A DNA stretch of 63,800 nucleotides, filler included, from Octopus bimaculoides (GCF_001194135.2; 4 parts of 4 records of this genome joined end to end with filler, not necessarily neighbours in it); one strand, 5' to 3'; positions 38,025 through 51,827 are shown, numbered from the whole stretch's first letter. Notes: generated by a model from the sequence alone, not told the origin. A program made the numbers and translations.

Positions 38025-38192
38025 ATATATCTAGCGGCCATGCTGGAGCACCACCTTTAGTCGAGTAAATCGACTCCAGGACTTTGGATGCCTAGTACTT
38101 ATTCTATCGGTCTCTTATGCCGAACCGCTAAGTTACGGGGACCTAAACACACCAGCATCGGTTGTCAAGTGATGTTGGGGGAACAAACACAG

Positions 38193-38228
<36 letters not shown>

Positions 38229-38407
38229 TTATATATATATATATACATATATACGACGGGCTTCTTTCAGTTTCCGTCTACCAAATACACTCACAAGGCT
38301 TTGGTCGGCCCGAAGATATAGTAGAAGACACTTACCCAAGGTGCCACGCAGTGGGACTGAACCCGGAACTATGTGGTTGGTAAGCAAGCTACTTACCACA
38401 CAGCCAC
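38025..38407 (-). mobile_element. SINE family A, full-length
   Basis: CpG-intact family match. Confidence 0.9.
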
Positions 38408-38840
38408 TAAGAATTAAAAGTAATTTTTTGTTGTGAAGGTCCTGCAGGCCACGGCTTGCACGCGACTGATTTAGAACTATATTTTCTGTCTAATGTTTCC
38501 TTTCCCTTATAATTAAAAGACTTACTGGCTGTGATTTGAGGCATTTTGGCTGTTATTTTTGGTAAATTGATTGATTGTAATTGATAGGATAGTAAAACGA
38601 CCACATTACGTTGACACGTAATATGGTCGTTTTTGATGATGTTTAGCCCCTTAGGTAAGTTCTGATCGAGCAATTCGTTCATCGAAGACAATCCACCCGT
38701 GACCAGTCTATCTTTTTTCTCTAGATATATAAGTTGATTCAAAAGTCTATTCAGCATTTAAATATGTTCAACTTTTATTTTTCATTTTGTAATTATTTTA
38801 CTTTTATTTATTTTTGATGCTCCTTTTGGAATTTTATGCT

Positions 38841-38881
<41 letters not shown>

Positions 38882-39815
38882 ATATATATATATATNNNNN
38901 NNNNNNNNNNNNNNNNNNNNNNNNNNNNNNNNNNNNNNNNNNNNNNNNNNNNNNNNNNNNNNNNNNNNNNNNNNNNNNNNNNNNNNNNNNNNNNNNNNNN
39001 NNNNNNNNNNNNNNNNNNNNNNNNNNNNNNNNNNNNNNNNNNNNNNNNNNNNNNNNNNNNNNNNNNNNNNNNNNNNNNNNNNNNNNNNNNNNNNNNNNNN
39101 NNNNNNNNNNNNNNNNNNNNNNNNNNNNNNNNNNNNNNNNNNNNNNNNNNNNNNNNNNNNNNNNNNNNNNNNNNNNNNNNNNNNNNNNNNNNNNNNNNNN
39201 NNNNNNNNNNNNNNNNNNNNNNNNNNNNNNNNNNNNNNNNNNNNNNNNNNNNNNNNNNNNNNNNNNNNNNNNNNNNNNNNNNNNNNNNNNNNNNNNNNNN
39301 NNNNNNNNNNNNNNNNNNNNNNNNNNNNNNNNNNNNNNNNNNNNNNNNNNNNNNNNNNNNNNNNNNNNNNNNNNNNNNNNNNNNNNNNNNNNNNNNNNNN
39401 NNNNNNNNNNNNNNNNNNNNNNNNNNNNNNNNNNNNNNNNNNNNNNNNNNNNNNNNNNNNNNNNNNNNNNNNNNNNNNNNNNNNNNNNNNNNNNNNNNNN
39501 NNNNNNNNNNNNNNNNNNNNNNNNNNNNNNNNNNNNNNNNNNNNNNNNNNNNNNNNNNNNNNNNNNNNNNNNNNNNNNNNNNNNNNNNNNNNNNNNNNNN
39601 NNNNNNNNNNNNNNNNNNNNNNNNNNNNNNNNNNNNNNNNNNNNNNNNNNNNNNNNNNNNNNNNNNNNNNNNNNNNNNNNNNNNNNNNNNNNNNNNNNNN
39701 NNNNNNNNNNNNNNNNNNNNNNNNNNNNNNNNNNNNNNNNNNNNNNNNNNNNNNNNNNNNNNNNNNNNNNNNNNNNNNNNNNNNNNNNNNNNNNNNNNNN
39801 NNNNNNNNNNNNNNN

Positions 39816-39878
<63 letters not shown>

Positions 39879-39884
39879 CACACA

Positions 39885-40030
39885 TATACGACGGTCTTCT
39901 TTCAATTTCCGTCTACCAAATACACTCTCAAGGCTTTAGTCGGCCCGAGTCTACAGTAGAAGACACTTGGCACGCAGTGGGACTGAACCTGGAACTATGT
40001 GGTTGGGAAGCAAGATTCTTGCCACACAAC
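39885..40030 (-). mobile_element. SINE family A, 5' half
   Basis: Family match. Confidence 0.8.
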
Positions 40031-40225
40031 CAATATAATAAAAGAAGGAAATGGATAGAATATTATGATAGCCATAAATTAAATTTTCGGATGCGCAAGT
40101 GAAATTTGGTCTTAATTGTAAATCTCTGTCCTTGTCTGAAATGGAATTCCGAACGTTCCAGTAGATCGGGGCTTGTTTCACAATTTGGACCTCTGCATTG
40201 TTTAAGTATTGGTTTCGTTGTTAGG

Positions 40226-40270
<45 letters not shown>

Positions 40271-40876
40271 ATCGATGGATGGATGGATGGATGGATGGAT
40301 CGATAGATAGATAGATAGAAAGATGGAAGAATTGTGAGATAGATATTGCATCGCAGTTTTTTAATGTGACATTTACAGCCTTATTACATGCCTTCATAAA
40401 CATAGATAACACACACGCAAACAAGCACAACATAGCACATACGCACACAAAAGTACTTATACATCCACATTTAGATATATGAATTTTTATTACATATTCA
40501 TTAACTATTTTACAGTTTTCTCACACCCTCCAACTATTTCAGAGAGCATGTACACACAGAAGTGAAGTCTACATATTTACACATACTGTCCCAAATCATT
40601 CACACACAGAGAAAAAATTTGGTCAACCACACAGTATGTATCTATTGTCACTAGATATATATCCGTATTGTTTTAATTCTGTAACGCTCGTTTTAGATTC
40701 CTCTCTTTATCAATCTCTCACGCTTAAATAGTTTTCCTTTACTCTTTAGTTTACCATTCTTTGATGTAAAGTCATTATGCTTCGTTACAACCCCCGACCC
40801 AGAAATCCTGCATTCACACGCACATGAACTATCATATACGTATGTACGCGCACATACATGCATACATGCATACATG

Positions 40877-40946
<70 letters not shown>

Positions 40947-40950
40947 CTTA

Positions 40951-41132
40951 CAGTAGAACCTCGGTTTTCGAACAACCCTGTTCACGAATAAACCATACTT
41001 TATCTCCTGTCTTTCTCATATTCATTTAATACAGTACAAACGTCTCTGATCACGTATAAATCGTGCTCTATATACATCTATAGCTATCTACGATTTATTC
41101 GAGATCAGGGTTGTTTCAAAACCGAAGTACTA

Positions 41133-41135
<3 letters not shown>
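40951..41135. mobile_element. Tigger/pogo-type MITE
   Basis: ~42-bp imperfect TIRs starting CAGTAG(A/T)AC.TCGGTTTT; TA on both flanks. Confidence 0.85.
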
Positions 41136-41168
<33 letters not shown>

Positions 41169-41826
41169 CATTCTTTCTTGATATCTGATGAGATGCCGGA
41201 GAGGACTTCATCTCGGTATCCGAAACTCTGAGTTTTACCATGACAACGAACTAAATGTCACATATTATATATATATNNNNNNNNNNNNNNNNNNNNNNNN
41301 NNNNNNNNNNNNNNNNNNNNNNNNNNNNNNNNNNNNNNNNNNNNNNNNNNNNNNNNNNNNNNNNNNNNNNNNNNNNNNNNNNNNNNNNNNNNNNNNNNNN
41401 NNNNNNNNNNNNNNNNNNNNNNNNNNNNNNNNNNNNNNNNNNNNNNNNNNNNNNNNNNNNNNNNNNNNNNNNNNNNNNNNNNNNNNNNNNNNNNNNNNNN
41501 NNNNNNNNNNNNNNNNNNNNNNNNNNNNNNNNNNNNNNNNNNNNNNNNNNNNNNNNNNNNNNNNNNNNNNNNNNNNNNNNNNNNNNNNNNNNNNNNNNNN
41601 NNNNNNNNNNNNNNNNNNNNNNNNNNNNNNNNNNNNNNNNNNNNNNNNNNNNNNNNNNNNNNNNNNNNNNNNNNNNNNNNNNNNNNNNNNNNNNNNNNNN
41701 NNNNNNNNNNNNNNNNNNNNNNNNNNNNNNNNNNNNNNNNNNNNNNNNNNNNNNNNNATTTCTCTATGTGCGCTCGCGTATGTATGAATGTATGTATGCA
41801 TGTGTGTGTGTGTGTAACAAAGAGAA

Positions 41827-41869
<43 letters not shown>

Positions 41870-42300
41870 AAGAATTAATGTATTACGTAATTAACCCGCC
41901 TTGTAGGTTTTGATTTCTCAATCAAGGTTATGAGTTATTTCTGTCTTAAAACACCAGCCAGCCAGCCAGTATATATGTACACACACCTACATACCCATAC
42001 ATTCACACGCTCATACACACATACATATGCATACGTGCATATGTATACCGATGAGACATATAAATACATACCCACGATTTTGTACTCACACACGCAGACA
42101 AATTTGGAGATTATCTAATGACAAGAGTGCTGAACTCATTAACACAGCTAATTACCATAGTTGACACCCCCAGATACAACTCAAGTACACCTAATTGCTT
42201 GTTGCCAAGAAAAATTATGCATTTTTATTAGTGCTGCTATTTGCATAGGTTTTATAATTTTTTCACTGTGAGTGTGAGTGAAAAATTTCGTGTGTGTGTA

Positions 42301-42348
<48 letters not shown>

Positions 42349-42696
42349 CATGTACATATATACAAACATAAATACATGAAGGCTGCAAACTCGTGTTCGA
42401 GTATTGCTATCGCCTGATCGAAAGTCCCACACATGCGAAGGCAACGACCAGCCATTTTTGTGACAGGTCTTACGTTTTTTTCAGGCGATGCTTGTGGATG
42501 ATGACATTTTTTGTATAGTGGGTAAAGGTTTTGCTCAAATCCAGTCCAACTCTCTGAACATAGACAGCATAGAGTCGAAAATAAGAACTAGTCTACATCA
42601 TCGTATATTGTCCGTGTCGCAGGTTTTCTCTCAGAGTTTCCCCCTCCAAGAGAGATGTTGTGATAACAACAGTGAGTACTGTACAAAAGTCTAGAG

Positions 42697-43022
42697 CAGG
42701 CCTGGCCAACTCGAATTACATTGCTGGCAACTTTAATCACAGGAAGTTTTTTGAGAGTTGCTTGTATACCTTATGCGCTAATAGTCAAATAAGCAAATTA
42801 CAAAATCAAGAATTTTTCATATTTTTCGTTTGTTTAAAATTATAAAATTGTAGGCTATTGCTTCATTGCCACTTGTTAATTTAAAATTTATTTTGAAACT
42901 AATGTTTTACACATAATTTTATTTTGAAATTAAACACAATACTTCAAGTAAGTATCAAGCGACTTCAAGATAAAAGTCTACGGGCCGCATGCGGCTTGCG
43001 GGCCTCAGGTTGGCCATCCATG
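42697..43022. mobile_element. hAT (Charlie/Buster-type) MITE
   Basis: TIRs CAGGCCTGGCCAAC / GTTGGCCATCCATG; perfect 8-bp TSD GTCTAGAG (42689-42696, 43023-43030) with central TA. Confidence 0.9.
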
Positions 43023-43082
43023 GTCTAGAGTAATCTATCAAATTAATGCAAAATTATTATAACTGAACATAAAAGCAAGCAT

Positions 43083-43124
<42 letters not shown>

Positions 43125-43126
<2 letters not shown>

Positions 43127-43285
43127 AATTTTCTCTCTGCTTATTTCCTCGTGTCCCTTTCTGTTGAAGAGCGTAGGCTCGAAACGTAAAAGACTTTCTC
43201 ACCTTCCCGAGTGTCAAACTAATACACCTGCTTGTTGTTTATACACCTGTCTTCGTCTTTTGCTTTTCTGCAAATTTCAACTATA
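43125..43285 (+). mobile_element. PLE-like hammerhead family H1 (subfamily b)
   Basis: CUUU-CUGUUGA-A-GAGC(GUAG)GCUC-GAAA-C-GUA|AAAG at 43157-43192; flanks diverge from subfamily a. Confidence 0.8.
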
Positions 43286-43322
43286 CATATACATATATAT
43301 ATGATGGCATAAGTATGCTTCC

Positions 43323-43350
<28 letters not shown>

Positions 43351-43353
<3 letters not shown>

Positions 43354-45300
43354 ATAATTGTTGTATACAGTGCTCAGGTGGACCAAAATTAAGAAAAAAA
43401 ACCCAAAAAAGTAAAGAAAAATCTCCATCAGGTATACTGTTGGCGGATTTCAGGAAGCATGGAAGTGTTGGAGGATGTAGTTTCTCGACAGCTAACAACT
43501 GATGCGGATAGTTTATTCCATACTGCAAGAATTCTGAGCGTGGAAACCTATTTTCGAAAGTCATGGGTGTTGTGTTGTTTTTTGATTTTATAAGCATATC
43601 CACGAGTGTTTGTCATATGGAATTCAAAAAGGTGCTCAATGTTGTTGGAAAGATGGTAGAAAATCTTGTTTGCGTGTCTACCGAGTCAGTTCCCAGACGT
43701 CTGAGTTTAGTGTGTCCATGACCAGGAAAGCAAGATGTTCAGAGTATGGTAGATGCTTGACGGCAGATATTCGTTTTGTGGCACGTTTCTGAACAGTTTC
43801 CGGGAGATTTATATCCTTAGCAAGAAAGGAGTTCCAGTCTAGTGATGCAAATTCTAAGTGTGGACTACCATTGTCATGCATAATTTTAAATAGATAGCTG
43901 GAGAGCGGCCGACATAGGTCTTACTGAGTGTCTTACTGACACCCTTAGCTTTCTTGACAATCTTAGAGACGTGATTTGTCCAACGCAGATCGCTGTTTAC
44001 AATAGTACCACGTTAATTAGAAAACTTCTCGAGATTGGTGTTGCTGAAGGAATATGTAAAGACTGGGTTTTTCCTCCCAAAATGCATGGTGACACGCCTT
44101 TCCACAACTAGCTTGAGTTGCCAGTCAGAGATCCATTGCTGCATTGTGTCCAGGTCTTGCAGTTAAGATTTATAGCGCGTAGGATTAGTTCTTTTTATTT
44201 CGAGGTACAGTTTGATATTATCTACACATTTCAGCTCTGTAACATTCCTCTAGTTGGCATCTATGTCATTAATATATGCAACAAACAGTTAGCGGTCCAA
44301 GAACGGAAACCTGTAGTACACCAGACGTCATCACGTAGGGTGAAGAATGATGTCTTAGAAACGTGACTACCTCTTTCCGACCAGTTACAGAGATAATTTT
44401 TCACACCCATTGCAAAGAGTTTTGCCATGAGTCATTTGTGTGGTACAGAATTGAAACCTTTAGCAATCAAAGTAGATAACATGCACCCATGAACTGCCAT
44501 CAGTAACTCGGGTGATGTTCTCAAGAAACTTGATGAGTTGGCTACAGCAGCTGGAGTTAGGGATAAATCCAAATTGTAAGGGTTGAATAAGGCTGTGAGA
44601 GTTCCAAAAGTTCCGGAGTGTTTCTCTGACACAAAGACGCCATCAGATTGGCAACGCAGCTAGTAAGGCTGACTAGACCGTAGTTGACAGGTGATGTATG
44701 ATCTCGTTTTTTGAACAGAGGAACGACACTGGCAATTTTCCTGTGCTCTGGAGTGACACAGTTGTGAAGGCAGAATTGAAAGAAATCTGGTGCAAAGGAA
44801 AGAACCTGCCACGTTTGAGGAGCAAATAAGTAACACCATCAAGGCCAGGAGAAGCATAGTTGCGCTTATTCTTGAGGTGACGTCGCAGCATTGTGGGTGT
44901 GAATTTACAGATGTTATGGAATTGATGTCAGAGTTGGTGAAGAAGGTATATTTGAATTTTTTACAGCAAAAATATCAGCATAGCATTGAGCAATAAGCTC
45001 AGCACATTCCTTGGAGTCATCAGCGATTCGATCAGTGTGAGGATTGTAAAAAGGGTCAACTGGAGAGTGAGGTCTCTGCCTCGAATGTACATACTTCCAG
45101 AACACTTTGCTGTCAGAGCTGGTCGCTATACGTTGTTCAACCTCAAGCACTGCGTTTTTTTTGTCACTTGGTTTAAGATGGTTGGATGATCTATTGCGTC
45201 TTCTCTTCTCATCTGTTCTATGCTGTCTGTATTATTTCTGTTCAACATCACGACGATCTTTCCTGACAAGTCGAACTACTGCAGTCTCTCCAAACTGCAC
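43351..45300 (-). mobile_element. CR1-clade LINE, ORF2 reverse-transcriptase region, degenerate
   Basis: In order on the minus strand: KVFWKYV, SPGLDGV, AKGFNSVPHK, SGVLQVSVLGP, YIND, LRWTNHV, PHLEFA..W..KDINLPETVQKRATK, TRGYAYKI; many stops and frameshifts. Confidence 0.9.
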
Positions 45301-45355
45301 ATGTATATGTTGGAAGCATACTTATGCCACCATGGGTAATATCAGAAAATATGAC

Positions 45356-45410
45356 ATGCCACATAGAGAACATTTCCTTCATCAGCTGCCCCTATTCTAA
45401 ACTAAGCGTT
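45356..45410 (-). repeat. Fragment of dispersed family P (see 47290 and 61545)
   Basis: GCCACATAGAGAACATTTCCTTCATCAGCTGCCCCTATTCTAAACTAAGCGTTTCGAA is identical to 47379-47436. Confidence 0.8.
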
Positions 45411-45496
45411 TCGAATATATATAATATATAGTTTTAGGGAAAATAACCAATTTTCAAGAACTCATCGATGAAAATCCACTATCACATATAGAAAAA

Positions 45497-45656
45497 TTAA
45501 TAATTAAAAGCACAATAAATGAGTATAATATAAAGTAAAGTAAATATCATAAGATAAATATAATAAATATAATATAATATAATATTATATTATATTTATC
45601 TTATGATATTTATTTTACTTTATATTATACTCATTTATTGTGCTTTTAATTATTAA
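45497..45656. repeat. AT-rich near-perfect palindrome ending at a gap
   Basis: TTAATAATTAAAAGCACAATAAATGAGT... mirrored to ...TTTTAATTATTAA with one visible mismatch and an irregular centre. Confidence 0.8.
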
Positions 45657-46029
45657 NNNNNNNNNNNNNNNNNNNNNNNNNNNNNNNNNNNNNNNNNNNN
45701 NNNNNNNNNNNNNNNNNNNNNNNNNNNNNNNNNNNNNNNNNNNNNNNNNNNNNNNNNNNNNNNNNNNNNNNNNNNNNNNNNNNNNNNNNNNNNNNNNNNN
45801 NNNNNNNNNNNNNNNNNNNNNNNNNNNNNNNNNNNNNNNNNNNNNNNNNNNNNNNNNNNNNNNNNNNNNNNNNNNNNNNNNNNNNNNNNNNNNNNNNNNN
45901 NNNNNNNNNNNNNNNNNNNNNNNNNNNNNNNNNNNNNNNNNNNNNNNNNNNNNNNNNNNNNNNNNNNNNNNNNNNNNNNNNNNNNNNNNNNNNNNNNNNN
46001 NNNNNNNNNNNNNNNNNNNNNNNNNNNNC

Positions 46030-46420
46030 AGACACACAAACACACACACACACACACATATATATACATATATACGACGGGCTTCGTTCAGTTTCCGTCT
46101 ACCAAATCTACTCACAAGGCTTTGGTCGGCCCGAGGCTATAGTAGAAGACACTTGCCCAAGGTGCTACGCAGTGGGACTGAACCCGGAACCATGTGGCTG
46201 GTAAGAAAGCTACTTACCACACAGCCACTCCTGCGCCTATATATATATATATTCTTTTCTATCACTTGTTTCAGTCATTGACTGCGACCATGCTGTTGCA
46301 CCACCTTCAGGGGTTTTAGTCGAATAAATCGACCCCCAGGACTCATTCTTTGTAAGCCTAGTACTTGGTCTCTTTGCCGAACTACAGTGATGTAAACACA
46401 CCAACATCGGTTGTCAAGTG
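46030..46420 (-). mobile_element. Two adjacent SINE family A pieces (5' half 46030-46238; 3' half 46262-46420)
   Basis: Family match. Confidence 0.8.
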
Positions 46421-46684
46421 ATATATGCATGGTATTTAACTCCACCTAAACACGGGTGCTCGCTAGGAACCGGCGACACAGCAACATTAACCACTGGCGG
46501 TCTCATCATTCGTGTTTAGCTGGTGTTAAACATTACGTGTCAGTAGGAATACTGCTTTCATCTCTTACAAAGATTTCTTGACTAGCTAGTTTGCTAATCA
46601 CACACACATGGGCATAAATATTCAGTCAGAGTTAGTCAGAGTTTCACGTTACTGTTCATCGATCGGACAGATGTAATAAATATA

Positions 46685-46780
<96 letters not shown>

Positions 46781-47289
46781 NNNNNNNNNNNNNNNNNNNN
46801 NNNNNNNNNNNNNNNNNNNNNNNNNNNNNNNNNNNNNNNNNNNNNNNNNNNNNNNNNNNNNNNNNNNNNNNNNNNNNNNNNNNNNNNNNNNNNNNNNNNN
46901 NNNNNNNNNNNNNNNNNNNNNNNNNNNNNNNNNNNNNNNNNNNNNNNNNNNNNNNNNNNNNNNNNNNNNNNNNNNNNNNNNNNNNNNNNNNNNNNNNNNN
47001 NNNNNNNNNNNNNNNNNNNNNNNNNNNNNNNNNNNNNNNNNNNNNNNNNNNNNNNNNNNNNNNNNNNNNNNNNNNNNNNNNNNNNNNNNNNNNNNNNNNN
47101 NNNNNNNNNNNNNNNNNNNNNNNNNNNNNNNNNNNNNNNNNNNNNNNNNNNNNNNNNNNNNNNNNNNNNNNNNNNNNNNNNNNNNNNNNNNNNNNATATA
47201 TATATATATATATATATATATAATACAAATAATATGTGAGTATATGCATGTATGCGTACATGTATGTACAAACTTACATCTACATGTAT

Positions 47290-47447
47290 ATATAGATGCA
47301 TATCTGGGTACAGGACGTCACAAAAAAGCGTGGACAAAATGAAAAACAGAACATTAACAGGGCACGGAAATCAAACAGGCCACATAGAGAACATTTCCTT
47401 CATCAGCTGCCCCTATTCTAAACTAAGCGTTTCGAAGAGTTAGGGCA
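47290..47447 (-). mobile_element. Dispersed family P (possibly PLE-derived), ends GTCCTGTACCCAGATATGCA + AT-rich tail
   Basis: Homologous to 61545-61745; shares the terminus GGGTACAGGACGTC with the adjacent foldback. Confidence 0.6.
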
Positions 47448-47466
47448 TATATATACATGCATATAT

Positions 47467-48000
47467 GGGTACAGGACGTCCGTAACGGTGCAAATAACAT
47501 GACATACTTAAACAAACGAGTTAAAAACGTAAACAACGTGAAAAACATGGAAAACAGGTTGAGTAAACACAGAGAAAGGACCCTTCTTCAGTTGTCGGCT
47601 ATCTATCTACTCCTCATTTTGAGCAATCAACGACCATACGAGTCTTTAAAGACAGTTGGTCCCATAAATTCTTAAATAAAATATGGAATTTATGGAGGGT
47701 CAAAGTTGGGAGCAAAAAAATGACAGTGTAGACACACAAGGAAATCGAACTTTGTTCTCAATTTTGACCTTCCATAAATTCTAAATTTTATTTTAGAGTT
47801 TATGGGATCAACTGTCTTTGAAGATTCATATTGACGTTGAATGCTCGAAATGAGGAGTAGATAGACAGCCGACAACTGATGAAGGATCCTTTCACTGTAT
47901 TTACTTTTCCTGTCTCCTATTTTTTTTTCGTTGTTTATGTATTTAATTCGTTTGTTTACGTATTTCATTTTACTCGCACCGTTGGTGACGACCTGTACCC
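47467..48000. repeat. Diverged foldback, arms ~245 bp, ~35-nt loop
   Basis: 47467-47714 aligns with the reverse complement of 47751-48000; the supplied ORFs 47457+ and 47690- give near-identical peptides for this reason. Confidence 0.9.
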
Positions 48001-48056
48001 TGAACGCGAAGCATCCATTTCCAAGTAAGTGTATATATATATATATATATATATAA

Positions 48057-48856
48057 TTTTGCTTAAAAGAGTTCCAACACTGTCTGTTTTTTATGTTTTA
48101 TTTATATTCCTGCAGAACTAATGTGGGGTATAGAATATGGAATATACAATATATAATATGATATACAATATACAATATAAAATAAAATAANNNNNNNNNN
48201 NNNNNNNNNNNNNNNNNNNNNNNNNNNNNNNNNNNNNNNNNNNNNNNNNNNNNNNNNNNNNNNNNNNNNNNNNNNNNNNNNNNNNNNNNNNNNNNNNNNN
48301 NNNNNNNNNNNNNNNNNNNNNNNNNNNNNNNNNNNNNNNNNNNNNNNNNNNNNNNNNNNNNNNNNNNNNNNNNNNNNNNNNNNNNNNNNNNNNNNNNNNN
48401 NNNNNNNNNNNNNNNNNNNNNNNNNNNNNNNNNNNNNNNNNNNNNNNNNNNNNNNNNNNNNNNNNNNNNNNNNNNNNNNNNNNNNNNNNNNNNNNNNNNN
48501 NNNNNNNNNNNNNNNNNNNNNNNNNNNNNNNNNNNNNNNNNNNNNNNNNNNNNNNNNNNNNNNNNNNNNNNNNNNNNNNNNNNNNNNNNNNNNNNNNNNN
48601 NNNNNNNNNNNNNNNNNNNNNNNNNNNNNNNNNNNNNNNNNNNNNNNNNNNNNNNNNNNNNNNNNNNNNNNNNNNNNNNNNNNNNNNNNNNNNNNNNNNN
48701 NNNNNNNNNNNNNNNNNNNATTTTATTTTATTTTATATTGTATATTGTATATCATATTATATATTGTATATTCCATATTCTATACCCCACATTAGTTTTG
48801 CAGGAATATAAATAAAACATAAAAAACAGACAGTGTTGGAACTCTTTTAAGCAAAA
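48057..48856. repeat. ~135-bp inverted repeat flanking a 529-N gap
   Basis: 48057-48190 versus reverse complement of 48720-48856, with about two differences. Confidence 0.8.
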
Positions 48857-48951
48857 TAATATATTCCTCTATACACAATCATACAAAAAACCCCACCTTT
48901 TTTGTATTTATTTTTACTCGCATATATATATATAGAGAATTCACAAAAACA

Positions 48952-48990
<39 letters not shown>

Positions 48991-49770
48991 GTATGAATGT
49001 ATATGTGTGCAGGTGGTGTGGTGGTGGTGTTGAACACAGGCTTGCATGTGTGGGTGTATGTGTGTGCATGATGTTCTTATTTCTCTCGCTTATGTTCTGC
49101 AGGTAATTCTTAATCACATTAACCCATATAACGAAACCAGAGCTTCTTCGTTTTAAGTTTTTGTTTCAGGCACAGTGTATTTTGGTCTACATTATTTAAT
49201 GTGATTAGCCACTTTCTTTTAAACAGCCAGTTGTGAGATTGTGTGTATGTGTGTGTGTGTGTGTGTNNNNNNNNNNNNNNNNNNNNNNNNNNNNNNNNNN
49301 NNNNNNNNNNNNNNNNNNNNNNNNNNNNNNNNNNNNNNNNNNNNNNNNNNNNNNNNNNNNNNNNNNNNNNNNNNNNNNNNNNNNNNNNNNNNNNNNNNNN
49401 NNNNNNNNNNNNNNNNNNNNNNNNNNNNNNNNNNNNNNNNNNNNNNNNNNNNNNNNNNNNNNNNNNNNNNNNNNNNNNNNNNNNNNNNNNNNNNNNNNNN
49501 NNNNNNNNNNNNNNNNNNNNNNNNNNNNNNNNNNNNNNNNNNNNNNNNNNNNNNNNNNNNNNNNNNNNNNNNNNNNNNNNNNNNNNNNNNNNNNNNNNNN
49601 NNNNNNNNNNNNNNNNNNNNNNNNNNNNNNNNNNNNNNNNNNNNNNNNNNNNNNNNNNNNNNNNNNNNNNNNNNNNNNNNNNNNNNNNNNNNNNNNNNNN
49701 NNNNNNNNNNNNNNNNNNNNNNNNNNNNNNNNNNNNNNNNNNNNNNNNNNNNNNNNNNNNNNNNNNNNNN

Positions 49771-49802
<32 letters not shown>

Positions 49803-50334
49803 TTGCAAACTGAACAATCCTACTCTCACTTCGTCACTTCAGTCACCTCTCTCTCTCTCTGCCCTCCATCCGCTGTTGTTGTTTTTTTTTGTTTATTATT
49901 TTCCCCCCATGTATCTGAAAGCCAGCTGTAATATGAATCATTTCATGAAACTAGAAGCAAAGGTCAGAATCTTTCTTCCTCGTTGTTGACATTCACCCAG
50001 CTGTGATACCCGTCCTGGATTCTACAGCCTCACGGGGTTAATTATCTTTGCTGTACGTTCTCCGTCTTACGGTCATAGTTGTTTAACCCCAGGTTACACC
50101 TAGTAAAGCGGACCTATGATCAAAGTCTATCCTATATTGGCCAGCCCATCTGTTTTTTTACCTCTTCAAGCTGTATACTGTACTGTTTTCTTTTTCACAT
50201 ATTTTTACAAATTTTCTTTTTGTTTTGTTTCCCGAAGACAGGAGGCTATGATTTTAGAGAGATTGGGGTGGCTATTATCCCTCCGTGCGAGACCAACCAC
50301 GCAAAGGTCCTCTATTGGAACGTCTGTACATCTT

Positions 50335-50660
50335 TTAATTGTTTCAGTCATTAGACTGCGGCCATGCTGGGGCACAGCCTTGAATTTTAGTCAAGTGAAT
50401 CGACTCCAGTATTTATATTTTAGCGCTTTGCTTATTTTATCATTGTTGCCGAACCGCTAGGTTACATGGACGTAAACATATCAACACTGGTTGTTAAGCT
50501 GACATGGGGGACAAATGCAGTAACAAAGACACATGCACATGCCGGGCTTCTTTCAGTTTCCGTCTACCAAATCCACCCACAAGACTTTGGTCGACCGAAC
50601 CTATAGTAGAAGACACGTGCACGTGCACAAGATGCCACATGGTGGGATTGAACTGGAATG
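50335..50660 (-). mobile_element. SINE family A
   Basis: Family match. Confidence 0.8.
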
Positions 50661-51169
50661 TGAAATGAAATACCTTGCTCAAGGCCACTACAATCACCCG
50701 TTCTAGTAATTAAACTCACGATATTCTGACCGTACACCGAATACTATCCTCACCCACTTTTTTTCTTTTTAAAACATAAATCTGGACAATATTATCCATT
50801 GTGTTCTTCATTTAAAATAGGCAATGATTTGAAGATCTGTAACTGCTATTTCTAGTATGTTGTGTAACTACGTATAGCAATCATGGGCAAGTAAACTTTT
50901 CGAGAAACGGTCGCATGAGACATGACTCTTTATCAGGCTGGCCTACTAAAAAAATTCAAGGTAATTTTTACGTTAGCGTGCCATTCAGAAAATCCCGGGT
51001 GCCGCATTTTTTCCCATGACTGACGTATTCTATCCCTTCTGTTATATTTCCTTGCATCTTCAGGCGGTTGTTAATGTTGTTGGCCTTGTGCTAACTGATT
51101 TCAAATTGTGTCGCAAGGCCAATAATTTTGTGGGCGAGGGTGAGACGATTTCATCGAACACTGGTGTTC

Positions 51170-51308
51170 AACTGGTACTTATTTCATCGATCCCGAAATG
51201 ATGAAAGGTAAAGTCAACCTCGGTGGAATTTGATCTCAGAACGTATAGACAGACGAAATGCCTCTAAGCATTTTGCCTGGCATGCTAACGATTCTGCCAG
51301 CCCGCTGC

Positions 51309-51394
<86 letters not shown>

Positions 51395-51784
51395 NNNNNN
51401 NNNNNNNNNNNNNNNNNNNNNNNNNNNNNNNNNNNNNNNNNNNNNNNNNNNNNNNNNNNNNNNNNNNNNNNNNNNNNNNNNNNNNNNNNNNNNNNNNNNN
51501 NNNNNNNNNNNNNNNNNNAATGCTGCTTAGCATTTTGTCTGTCATGCTAACAATTCTTTTCTTTTTCTACTCTAGGCACACAGCCCGAAATTTTAGGGGA
51601 GGGGTCCAGTCAATTAGATCGACCCCAGTATGCAACTGGTACTTAATTTATGACCCTGAAAGGATGAAAGGCAAAGTCGACTTTGGTGGAATTTGAACTC
51701 AGAATGTAAAGACAGACGAAATACCGCTAAGCATTTCGCCCGGCGTGCTAACGATTCTGCCAGCTCGCCGCGTTAATGTTAATA

Positions 51785-51827
<43 letters not shown>

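Noticed and set aside
38407-38757. 116-aa gap-free ORF on the minus strand
   Set aside because: No recognisable motif and no splice context; plausible by chance.
42485-42694. Acceptor followed by ORF AMLVDDDIFCIVG...
   Set aside because: No homology and only a modest donor; cannot be supported.
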